Source: Candidatus Poribacteria bacterium (lineage in GTDB: Bacteria; Poribacteria; WGA-4E; WGA-3G). Taken from it: a stretch of 64,000 nucleotides of DNA. A program made the translations under genes and the position numbers. Below, one piece after another: positions 19,145 to 28,421 of the stretch; within the stretch, counting starts at the first letter, position 1; every line of letters starts with the position of its first letter. The stretch covers positions 288,001 through 352,000 of the forward strand of contig CAXXUA010000015.1 of NCBI GenBank assembly GCA_963663765.2, in the 5' to 3' direction. The notes under the pieces were generated by a model, which was given only the letters and a program-made list of their open reading frames with translations, made no database searches and was not told the origin of the DNA.

Positions 19145-21292
19145 TCATTCTGATGTGTCAAACAATGAATCGTCTATGTCGGTGTTTACTTTGAGCGCGC
19201 TGACATTGTTTTGGGTGTGTTGTTCTTCGTCTATGTATTGAACATAACTAAATGGAAACATTACTCCTTCAATTTCTCGATAGTCAGAGTATATTGTTTC
19301 AAGATTTTCAGTCATTCCTTGTCGTGTCTGTCGGTATGCAGTTTTTACAACTAAGTGTGTTTCTTCGCTGATGAAGAGTTTTAGCATTTCACCTGAAGGT
19401 TGTTTTACAAGTAAGACTGAAGATTTTTCATTATTCACGTCTTCTGTTCCAGTGTATTGAACAACAGTATCATTCTGTGAAAGATGTATTAGGAGTGGAA
19501 CAGTGTCTCTAAAAACAGCATCTTTCAATTCAGCAGTTGTTTCTGGAGGAACTGGTTGCATGCCGTTGGGTGAGAAGAAAACTGTTGTTTCTCCATCAAA
19601 CACAATACTCACTTTACCTTGTGGATTGTTCATATCCTGTCTGAATTTATCTGGGTATATTTGGGTTATTTCAACGTTCATGTTGAATGGTCCTGATAGT
19701 GTTTTGAAGGTGACAATTTGATTTGTGACAACATTTTTCACAGCTTTCAGTTTTTCAAGTCCACCGTATGCTTGGATGGTAGCAGCAATGATTTCCTTTG
19801 CTTTTGCTATGTCGGTCTCATTTGCTTCTGGTATTGGTTCTGTTGGTGGCGGTTCTGGTTGCTTTATCTCTATTTCATTGACTTCGCCAAATTCGGTCAA
19901 GGGACGATCGAAGTTGTCCTGATTACCGACGGTGACGATGGTCAGTGCATCAGGATGTAAGTATTTTTGTGCGACTGTTTGAACATCTTCAGCAGTTACT
20001 TTTGCGATGTGATCAGTGAAGGTTTCAAGGAAGTCGGGTGCAAATCCACGATATGCAAGCATCATTTGTTGAAATGCGATTTGTGAACTGCTTTCAAAAC
20101 CGAAGACAAATGAATTGATTAGGGAGTCCTTTGTGCGATTGAGTTCTTCTTCTGTAACAGGATTTTCTCGTATGTCTTTTATGAGGCTGATGATGAGTGC
20201 GATTGCTTCAGAAGTTTTCTCGGATCGTGTTTGACAGTATGCAAACCATTCACCTGGATTGGTGTAAAAGCTTGTTTGCATGAGACTTCCGACCATGTAA
20301 GCGAGTCCGTGTTTTTCGCGTACTTCCATCATCAATCGTGAGGTAAATCCACCCTCTCCGAGTATATCGTTCATGACCCGAAGTGCGAAGAAATCGGGGA
20401 AATCAGGAGTGCGTTTTATTCCGTAGTGTCCGATTAACATTGTTGTTTGTGGTAAATCCTTCTGGATATGGTTGACAGACGGTTTTGGCATGTTTTCCAC
20501 TGGTTCAATTGCTGGGAAGTCTGTTTTCGTATTTTCCCAACCTTCAAATACTTTTTCAAGTTGGTTTATTAGAGTGTCTGTGTCAAAGTCACCAGTGATT
20601 GCCAGCATTATATTTTCAGGTTTGAAGAACTTTGTGTGAAATGCTTTAAGGTCATCTACAGTGATACTTTCTACCCCATCAATTTCAGAATACCAACCGA
20701 ATGGGTGATCTTTTCCATAGAGTATCTCGGAGAAGTTCCGCCATGCTAATTGGATTGGGTTGTCATTTCTCCTTCGGATTGCTTCAATTGCTTGCTGTTT
20801 TCTGAGTTGCAGTTTTTCTTCTCTGAATGCAGGGTTTCCCAAGACATCTGCGAAGATTTCTAATCCCTTTTGAATATCTTCAGCCATTGTAGATAGATTG
20901 ACTGAGCCGTATTCGGGAGACATTCCGATTTCGACGGATGCTGCCATAGATTCCAGTTGTTCATTTAATGCATCTGGTTCTCTGGTCTCAGTTCCACCAG
21001 TTCGCATGACACTTGCGCAGATAGAAGCTAATCCGATTTTGTCCTTTGTGTCATAGATTGTACCTGTTTTTACTAATCCACTAATGTTAAATACCGGTAG
21101 TTCGTGATCCTCAAGTAGATACAGAGTCATGCCGTTTGACAGAACACGTTTTTCTGGGACCGGAGGATTAAATTCAATTGGTTCAAAGGTCAGTTCTTCA
21201 TGTGGTTTTGCAATTAGTGTTGTGCTGCTAACAGACATCAAACATGTGATGAGAATGAGTAAAATTAATTTGGTTCTATTTTGTGTCAGCAT
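19145..21292 (-). CDS. M16B peptidase, non-catalytic subunit with C-terminal extension
   Basis: LSNGMTLYLLEDHELP and SRLMMEVREKHGLAY motifs; no HxxEH; signal peptide. Confidence 0.88.
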   Translation of the reverse strand: MLTQNRTKLILLILITCLMSVSSTTLIAKPHEELTFEPIEFNPPVPEKRVLSNGMTLYLLEDHELPVFNISGLVKTGTIYDTKDKIGLASICASVMRTGGTETREPDALNEQLESMAASVEIGMSPEYGSVNLSTMAEDIQKGLEIFADVLGNPAFREEKLQLRKQQAIEAIRRRNDNPIQLAWRNFSEILYGKDHPFGWYSEIDGVESITVDDLKAFHTKFFKPENIMLAITGDFDTDTLINQLEKVFEGWENTKTDFPAIEPVENMPKPSVNHIQKDLPQTTMLIGHYGIKRTPDFPDFFALRVMNDILGEGGFTSRLMMEVREKHGLAYMVGSLMQTSFYTNPGEWFAYCQTRSEKTSEAIALIISLIKDIRENPVTEEELNRTKDSLINSFVFGFESSSQIAFQQMMLAYRGFAPDFLETFTDHIAKVTAEDVQTVAQKYLHPDALTIVTVGNQDNFDRPLTEFGEVNEIEIKQPEPPPTEPIPEANETDIAKAKEIIAATIQAYGGLEKLKAVKNVVTNQIVTFKTLSGPFNMNVEITQIYPDKFRQDMNNPQGKVSIVFDGETTVFFSPNGMQPVPPETTAELKDAVFRDTVPLLIHLSQNDTVVQYTGTEDVNNEKSSVLLVKQPSGEMLKLFISEETHLVVKTAYRQTRQGMTENLETIYSDYREIEGVMFPFSYVQYIDEEQHTQNNVSALKVNTDIDDSLFDTSE

Positions 21293-22827
21293 TATTCAAA
21301 ATCCTCCTCAGAATCTGACTGTTCTACATTATCGGTTTCTTTCTTAACGAGTGTTGCGACGGTGCGATTGCTTTTCTTGAAGTATGTGTTTGCGGCTCTC
21401 ATGATGTCTTCGGGTGTGATTTCATACATTTTTTTGCGCCAATCCAGTATGTATCGCCAATCATTTGCGATACCTTCATAGAATGCAAGTTGATAAGCCA
21501 TACCTGAATTTGAACTCAACCCACGGATAAAACCTGCATCAATTTGTTTTAGTATACGTTTGAATTCCTTTTCTGCGACAGGTTCGGTTTTCAGTTTTTC
21601 CAGTTGTTCATAAATTACTTTTTCCACATCAATAGTTGTGTTTGGAGATTGTGGAGTAGCACTAATGACAAAAAGATTATCGTATCTTGCGCCTGGGTAA
21701 CCGTTGATTGAGTCAACAGAGAGAGCGATACTTTCTTCAACGATGTTTTTGTAAAAACGTGAGGTGCGTCCATCAGAGAGGATGGCACTAATCATATCTA
21801 ATACATAATCATCAAAATGAGGGATTGTAGGTTTATGAAAACCGATCATTAGTTGGGGTTCAGCATCAAATTCTACCTCAATGCGTCTTTCGCCTTCCTG
21901 TTTGGGTTCTTTGGAGGTGACTTCTTGGGGGAGAGGTTGGGAAGGGATGTCTCCGAAGTATTTTTCAATCAACGTGATTGTTTTTTCAGTGTTTATATCA
22001 CCGACAATGACCATAACAGAGTTATTTGGTGCGTAGTGTATTTTGAAAAATTCTTCAGCTTTGTTTCTGTTGAGCATTGCGATGTCAGATGGGAAGCCGA
22101 TGATAGGAATACCGTAAGGGTGTGCGGTGAAAGCTGCTGCCATAAACTGTTCATATAGCTTACCACCTGGGCGTGAATCCACAGCCATTCTGCGTTCTTC
22201 TTTTACAGCTTCGCGCTCCACATAGAATTGGCGTAGGACAGCATTTTTCAGTCTGTCAGATTCAAGCATTGCCCAGAGTTCTAATTTGTTTGAAGGCAGT
22301 TCTACGGTATAGATTGTATAGTCAACAGATGTGCCTGCGTTGAATCCGGAGCTGCCGTGTTGTGTATAGATTTCGGTATATTCACCAGAAACGACCCACT
22401 GTTTTGCAGCATCTTGTTGCGTTTTGAGTGCTGTTTCTAATTCAGCGATTTTTTGATCGTTTGCTCTATTGCCTTTAGCCTGTTCCTTGTCTAAAGCATC
22501 ACCGATTTTGTCGATTTCTGCGAGTACGACTTTTTCCTTTTCATAGTCGGTTGTACCGATAGTCTTTGTGCCTTTGAACAGCATGTGTTCAAGCATGTGC
22601 GCGATACCGCGTGCATCGTTTGATTCGTCCACAGAACCTGCTTTGAATAGGATGTACGGTGCGACGGTAGGGGAGTTATGACGTTCAATCATCAATAGTT
22701 TTAGACCGTTTGGGTAAGTGTGTTCTACCACGCGGTCTTCAAGGTTTTGTGCTGATGCTATTCCGTGAAATGTTAGGATGAATAGGATCAGTGTAATTTG
22801 AATCTTTTTCATTGATTTATTCAGCAT
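21292..22827 (-). CDS. M16B zinc peptidase, catalytic subunit
   Basis: GIAHMLEHMLFKGT (HxxEH), NAGTS and EREAVKEER motifs; stop overlaps the partner's start. Confidence 0.93.
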   Translation of the reverse strand: MLNKSMKKIQITLILFILTFHGIASAQNLEDRVVEHTYPNGLKLLMIERHNSPTVAPYILFKAGSVDESNDARGIAHMLEHMLFKGTKTIGTTDYEKEKVVLAEIDKIGDALDKEQAKGNRANDQKIAELETALKTQQDAAKQWVVSGEYTEIYTQHGSSGFNAGTSVDYTIYTVELPSNKLELWAMLESDRLKNAVLRQFYVEREAVKEERRMAVDSRPGGKLYEQFMAAAFTAHPYGIPIIGFPSDIAMLNRNKAEEFFKIHYAPNNSVMVIVGDINTEKTITLIEKYFGDIPSQPLPQEVTSKEPKQEGERRIEVEFDAEPQLMIGFHKPTIPHFDDYVLDMISAILSDGRTSRFYKNIVEESIALSVDSINGYPGARYDNLFVISATPQSPNTTIDVEKVIYEQLEKLKTEPVAEKEFKRILKQIDAGFIRGLSSNSGMAYQLAFYEGIANDWRYILDWRKKMYEITPEDIMRAANTYFKKSNRTVATLVKKETDNVEQSDSEEDFE

Positions 22828-22957
22828 TATTTCTTAGTGTGTTCACACTAAAATGCTGTTCCTTTCTTTTTTGTTTATACTAAGAAGTTGCAATAATAGT
22901 AACGTATCTCAAAAATGCAATTTTGTCCAAATTCACAGAATCGCGTGTCCGGTAATT

Positions 22958-22979
22958 CGGGGTTAGAAACCCCTCCTAC
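22958..22979 (-). repeat. GTAG-type REP palindrome
   Basis: CGGGGTTAGAAACCCCTCCTAC; near-identical copy at 18671-18692. Confidence 0.7.
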
Positions 22980-23176
22980 GATTTGTGAGATAGGTTGTAG
23001 CGTATCTGTTGTTGTCTGAACCAGGATTTTCAGGATTATTAGATTTGCAGGAATACCTTGTCAAGGATTTTTTATTTACATAGGTGCGTTTGGCTCAATT
23101 ATAGCAAAATAACGACGTGTGTTAGTTAACAAATATTTTTACAGATATTGAGATCAACCATTTGCAAACAAATTTG

Positions 23177-25171
23177 CTAATTTGAACCGTTAATTAAAGT
23201 AGCAAAATCCCATACAAGTACTGCACCATCACCGCTTGTTATGAGTGTTTTTCCGTCTTGACTAAATGCTATACCACTTATCCTATGCGAAAATCCTTTA
23301 ATTGTTTTGACTAACTTACCAGTGTCAGCATCCCAAATACTTAGGGTAAAGTCAAAACTTCCAGCAAGAAGATATTTTCCATCAGGACTAAACTCGCAGC
23401 TTAGTAAAAACCCATTATCTTTTAGCAGAATAAATATGTCTTTAAGAGTGTGTTTGTGAACACCAGTTGCAACATCCCACAAATTAATCTTTTTGCTATA
23501 TGTACGAAAACTAGCGAATGACTTTCCATCTGGACTAAAGACGAGATCGTTTATATTCTCCGAATTATGCTTGAGATCCAAGGTTCTCAAGTGGCTTCCA
23601 GATGCAACATCCCACATGTTAATGATCTTAAACCCGTCGGTACTTGCAATGATTTTGCCATCAGGACTGAAAGATAGCCTTACGATTTTGGTTGACGACT
23701 CATGTGTAATCGGTGCGTACTTTTGTTGCATCGTGTCAAGCTCACATATATGTATATTTTTCTCTGTCACACCTGCAAGCAGCTGAGTCTTAGGACTAAT
23801 CACTACTTTACTCATATTTTTTGGATGTATACTTGGTCTATTTTTACTTTTACCTGTTTTCGCGTCCCATTGACGAATAGTAATTTCCCTTGCCCTTTTT
23901 TTATTATTGCCAGTTATCGCGTTCCATAGACGAGTAGTATTTTCCATACTTTCGCTTACTATTGTTAACCCGTCCGAACTATATGAAACGGCATAAACTT
24001 CAGATTTGTGTCCTCTAAGTATCTTTTTGTGTTTCGCTGTTGTAACATCCCACAAATGAATGTAACCATTCGTACTTCCACTCACCAGAGTTAATCCATC
24101 CGGACTCAATGATATGCTTGTTGCAATATCAACATGGTCTCTTAGGCTATACTTTTGTTTTCTGGAATTTACATCCCATAGCATAAGAAGACCAAATCGG
24201 TCAAAACTTAATAGTGTATTACCATCAGGACTAAAGACGACTTTTCGAATTTCATTAGAATGCTCATTTAGAGTCGCTTTCCGTGTTCCTTTATTGATAT
24301 CCCACAATATGATGGAATAGTCTGTACTTCCACTTGCAAGTGTATTTCCATCAGGACTAAAAGCGAGACATTCTATTCTCTTTTCATGTCCTTTTAGCGT
24401 TTTCTTGTGTTCACCTTTTTCAATATCCCATACTTCGATTGTTTTGTATTGAATCCCTGATGCAACTGTTTTCCCATCTGAACTTAATGCTAAACATTTA
24501 TCTACATGTGAATTAATCTTCATTTCTTGCAATACCTTTTCTTCCACAACATCAACTACAAGGATAACATCACTACGGCTACTTGCCAATATTCTTCCAT
24601 CCGTGCTAAAGGCAATATTATCAGCACTGTGGAAAGCTTGAAGTTCAAAGTGATGTGTACCTGTTGTCACGTCCCACAAATCAATCTTACCTGACTTTGT
24701 ACTTACGAGGCTTTTGCCATCACCGATGAACGATACAGAATCAAAATCAAAATCATAATATGGTTCTGAGTCACGTATGAATGTGGTTTTGTGCTTAAAT
24801 GTCTCTATATCCCATATAAGGATTACTTTATTATTACTTATAGTTGCCAGTTTTTCTCCATCCAAACTGAATGACATCATTTTTGCTGCGGGTTTATCTG
24901 TTGCTATGAGTGCTGTTTCCTCATACGTGTTTGCATCATAAAACCAAATTCCTGTAGAACTTGCGACAGCAAATTGTGTGCCATCAGGCAGGTAGATAAC
25001 ATCATGAATCATCCCTTTACCTATTCTTGCTTTTAGACCTTTGGGTAAATTAATCTGTGGTGTTTCAATCGGAAATGTGTCTGAACTGGCAATATTCGGG
25101 AGAAAATGTAAAACTAAGAAAATTGAAATGATGCTGATTACCAAAAAAGTAAAGTGCATTTTATTTTTCAC
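23177..25171 (-). CDS. Secreted WD40-repeat protein
   Basis: Many GH...FSPDG..LASGS.D..I.LWD repeats; LPKGLKARIGKG N-terminus after a signal peptide. Confidence 0.93.
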   Translation of the reverse strand: MKNKMHFTFLVISIISIFLVLHFLPNIASSDTFPIETPQINLPKGLKARIGKGMIHDVIYLPDGTQFAVASSTGIWFYDANTYEETALIATDKPAAKMMSFSLDGEKLATISNNKVILIWDIETFKHKTTFIRDSEPYYDFDFDSVSFIGDGKSLVSTKSGKIDLWDVTTGTHHFELQAFHSADNIAFSTDGRILASSRSDVILVVDVVEEKVLQEMKINSHVDKCLALSSDGKTVASGIQYKTIEVWDIEKGEHKKTLKGHEKRIECLAFSPDGNTLASGSTDYSIILWDINKGTRKATLNEHSNEIRKVVFSPDGNTLLSFDRFGLLMLWDVNSRKQKYSLRDHVDIATSISLSPDGLTLVSGSTNGYIHLWDVTTAKHKKILRGHKSEVYAVSYSSDGLTIVSESMENTTRLWNAITGNNKKRAREITIRQWDAKTGKSKNRPSIHPKNMSKVVISPKTQLLAGVTEKNIHICELDTMQQKYAPITHESSTKIVRLSFSPDGKIIASTDGFKIINMWDVASGSHLRTLDLKHNSENINDLVFSPDGKSFASFRTYSKKINLWDVATGVHKHTLKDIFILLKDNGFLLSCEFSPDGKYLLAGSFDFTLSIWDADTGKLVKTIKGFSHRISGIAFSQDGKTLITSGDGAVLVWDFATLINGSN

Positions 25172-25251
25172 TGTTACAATTTCCTATTTATAGCGGGTTT
25201 CCATAATTCAGTTATTGTGAAATTCTGAAATCCAGCGCGCTTAAAAAGCGC

Positions 25252-25322
25252 CAAATCAAGAAATCAACGGTATGAATGCCTTTTGGCATTCACCGGGTAT
25301 GAATGCGCCTATGGCATTCACC
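25252..25322 (+). repeat. CAAATCAA-led hairpin element inserted in a REP
   Basis: CAAATCAAGAAATCAAC plus two GAATGC/GCATTC hairpins; flanks rejoin to AGCGCGCTTAAAAAGCGC|GCCGACC, matching the REP at 48226-48250. Confidence 0.75.
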
Positions 25323-25353
25323 GCCGACCATGGTGCGTAAGTTTCATTATTTT

Positions 25354-26970
25354 CTATTCATTTGTCACATTCGTTATCTTACTCATATTCCATAGTAGTA
25401 TTGTATCGTCAGCACTATAACTTGCAAGCGTTTGCATATCAGTACTCAGTGAAAAACATCTAAGAAAGTATGCATGTCCTATCAAGAAATGGTAGAATTG
25501 TCCAGTGTTGACATTCCAGAAGTGAATTACACGTGTTTCACTATTAATTGCAAGGAGATTTCCATCTTGCGTAAACAGCAATTCCTTCCAATAGTCGTCT
25601 TTTTCAGGACTAGTTCTTTCCATTGGTGCTGAGAGTGTTTTTAGCAGTTCTTCAGTCTCTATATCCCATAAACGTGCACTTCTATCCCAATCAGTACTTG
25701 CGAGTTGTTGACCGTCAGGACTGAACATTATCCGACTTACGCTTTTTTTATGCCCTTTGAAAATCCTTATTGGGATACCTATTTCCACATCAATCAGATA
25801 AATATTACCATTTTTGCTACCAACCGCCAGTAAACTTCCATCCTGATTAAAGGAAAGGCAAGAAATAGAAGACATCCGTTCATCATGGAAAGTTTCATGT
25901 TTCCAAGATTCTGTATTCCACAGAAGGATGCTTCCATCATCACTTCCAGTTGCAAGGTGTTTTCCATCGGAACTGAAAACTATGCTATTAACAAACCCAA
26001 TATGACCATTTAATTTCGTTTTGAGTTTCCCGTTGTTGAGATCCCATAGCCGAATCGTACCGTCCATACTGCCACATGCAAGTGTTTTTCCATCCGGACT
26101 GAAGGCAACACCTTCAAAAACGAATGGTTGATCATAATGCCTGTGTTCTTGATTTGGTAATGTTGTCATAAGGTGTCCAATAAGTTTATACTTTAGTTTT
26201 CCCGTATTGGTATCCCACACATGAATAGGTAATTTATTCTGCAACATTATAATCAGTTTTCCATTTGGACTTAGCAAAAGTTCGCTTGAATAGTCAAGTT
26301 GCAAAAAGTCATTAATTCTTTTTATCTGTTTTTCTGTTTGGGTATCGTGTATTGAGAAGCCATTTTCATCATTTGTTGTGGCGTAGGTCTTCCCATTCGG
26401 ATTAAATGCAATTTTAACTTTTTCCTTTTCATCATCGTCATCTTTCAATGGTTGATTGGCGTTATCATCAGGATCTTGCCATAATTCTATAGTCTTATTC
26501 TCTTTTTTAATAGTGAGTTTTTGTCTATCTGGACTATATGTCACGTCATATTTCACATTTAATTCTTTACATTCTCCAGTATTAACATTCCACACCAGAA
26601 TTAGATCGGTTATGCTACTCTTTGATTCACCCATAATCGTCTGTCCATCAGTGCTAAATCTGACATTCTTGAGTTCGCGTCCTAAAGCATAGTATGAATT
26701 ATACAATGGTATAGGAAGTAACTTGATCTCATTGTACGTTTCTGTGTCATATAACCAAATTCCGATGGTACTTACAACTGCTAACACATTCCCGTCTGGG
26801 GAATACAAGAAATCCTTTATTTTACCTTTTCCAAGTCGTGCTATAGCACCTTCTGGTAGACTCATTTGTGTGTAATTTTGCGCATAACTGCTCTGTAGAA
26901 AAACAGTTGTAATGATGCTGAGTAATAAAACTCTCAGAAATAAAATAGCATGAGATTTCTTGGCTTGCAT
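25354..26970 (-). CDS. Secreted WD40-repeat protein (paralog of the downstream gene)
   Basis: LPEGAIARLGKG start and WD40 repeats. Confidence 0.93.
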   Translation of the reverse strand: MQAKKSHAILFLRVLLLSIITTVFLQSSYAQNYTQMSLPEGAIARLGKGKIKDFLYSPDGNVLAVVSTIGIWLYDTETYNEIKLLPIPLYNSYYALGRELKNVRFSTDGQTIMGESKSSITDLILVWNVNTGECKELNVKYDVTYSPDRQKLTIKKENKTIELWQDPDDNANQPLKDDDDEKEKVKIAFNPNGKTYATTNDENGFSIHDTQTEKQIKRINDFLQLDYSSELLLSPNGKLIIMLQNKLPIHVWDTNTGKLKYKLIGHLMTTLPNQEHRHYDQPFVFEGVAFSPDGKTLACGSMDGTIRLWDLNNGKLKTKLNGHIGFVNSIVFSSDGKHLATGSDDGSILLWNTESWKHETFHDERMSSISCLSFNQDGSLLAVGSKNGNIYLIDVEIGIPIRIFKGHKKSVSRIMFSPDGQQLASTDWDRSARLWDIETEELLKTLSAPMERTSPEKDDYWKELLFTQDGNLLAINSETRVIHFWNVNTGQFYHFLIGHAYFLRCFSLSTDMQTLASYSADDTILLWNMSKITNVTNE

Positions 26971-27135
26971 ACCGTGAGATCCTTTGTGTTTATTTCATTT
27001 TGAATATAATACCATTTCTAAAAATTATTGTCGCATTCGAACGGTTGTTATGGTAGTCATTCTTTAGGCACAAACTTCCAGTTTGTGCTACAGAAATAAG
27101 AAACCCCGATTTTGGCAATCAGGGTTTCAATTTTT

Positions 27136-27393
27136 TTATTTTTTCTGTAGGTCACCGAGTAATCCAACTAATGCGAATCTGATATGTGAAGAGAGTGCGG
27201 AGTTTTCAGCTCTTAGGTCAGCACCTTCTTCGTCGGGATACATGACGTGGGCTGCAACAGCCTTTTTGACCCAAGTTTCAGCTCTGTTATCGTAAGGGAT
27301 ATATTTTTCTTTGGGTGCTGTGCAGGCGGGACATTCATCTGGGGGTTCATTGGCTTCTTTCCACAAATAGCCACAAGCAGTACATACAAACAT
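27136..27393 (-). CDS. Rubredoxin-like domain protein
   Basis: CTACGY...PDECPAC motif; AAGGA RBS. Confidence 0.8.
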   Translation of the reverse strand: MFVCTACGYLWKEANEPPDECPACTAPKEKYIPYDNRAETWVKKAVAAHVMYPDEEGADLRAENSALSSHIRFALVGLLGDLQKK

Positions 27394-27805
27394 AGTTAAT
27401 TCCTTTCTTATTGTAAGTGTATATATGTATTCATAGCGTAATTAGAAGGTTATTATCTGATAGTAATCATTCTATCAAATATTATTTTGAAAATCAACTG
27501 TAATTTTGCCTGTAATTTTGTAAGGGTGATTGAAAATATTTTGGTATAGTGTTGTCTGAATCGCGGATTACGCGGATGGGTATCGGAATCGCAGATTACA
27601 CGGATTACGCGGATTACATTGATTACATGGATAAGACATCTGCACCAGATCTGTTTGCTTAGGTGCATCTAATCATCAGCAAAGGATGTTGATGCGAAGG
27701 ACACATTTTTCATTTTAATATTGCGTGTTAACACAGTTATAGTAAGGGTTTATAGCCGAATTTTATTGTATATTTTTAGATAGTAACGTAATTTTTTGTA
27801 ATTGA

Positions 27806-27928
27806 CAGGACTTACGCACACAATGGTAGGCGTGCTTTGTAAGCGCGCCGGAAACCCAGAAAAACGCTGATAATGGCATCATTTTCATCATAATTTTTGA
27901 TTAAATCAAGAAAACTGCGTAAGTCCTG
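27806..27928. mobile_element. MITE with 13-bp TIRs and 5-bp TSD, carrying a REP
   Basis: CAGGACTTACGCA / TGCGTAAGTCCTG, flanked by ATTGA on both sides; internal GTAGGCGTGCTTTGTAAGCGCGC. Diverged reverse copy at 41520-41601. Confidence 0.8.
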
Positions 27929-28421
27929 ATTGAAAAATATATTTTACTTGAAAGTGTAACATTTTGTTTTCTGTTTCAAAAAGTATTAGATTGAGGTAGT
28001 AATGCAATTATAAAAATGTAAATATTAACTTATTAGATTGAATGTAATATATTTTGTAATACAATACCTTCGCCAATAATAGACATTCTTCCAGATTGTG
28101 CGGGCAGTTGTAGCACATTCTGCCAGATTGTGCCTATAAATTATTCTGTCAGATTGCTGATATAGTCATTTCTATTGTCAAATTAGAGGATGTGATAACA
28201 GGGTTATTCAGTTTTCAATATTATTGATAATATTTTGCTATGTCGTTAATTTTATGTGTTGCCATCTTGTCCATGTCTTTAGTCCCGTAGGGACGATATG
28301 TTTATAGAAACATGTTATCTATCCCTCTTGAGTTCCGTAGGAACGACATAGAAAAATAAACATATCGTCCCTACCAAATCAACGCCAAATGCGCCAAATC
28401 AACGGTATGAATGCCATTAAG

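Noticed and set aside
27453-27668. 71-aa minus-strand ORF (also 48376-48582 and 48566-48751)
   Set aside because: These are translations of 9-bp microrepeats and REP/MITE DNA with no protein-family signal.
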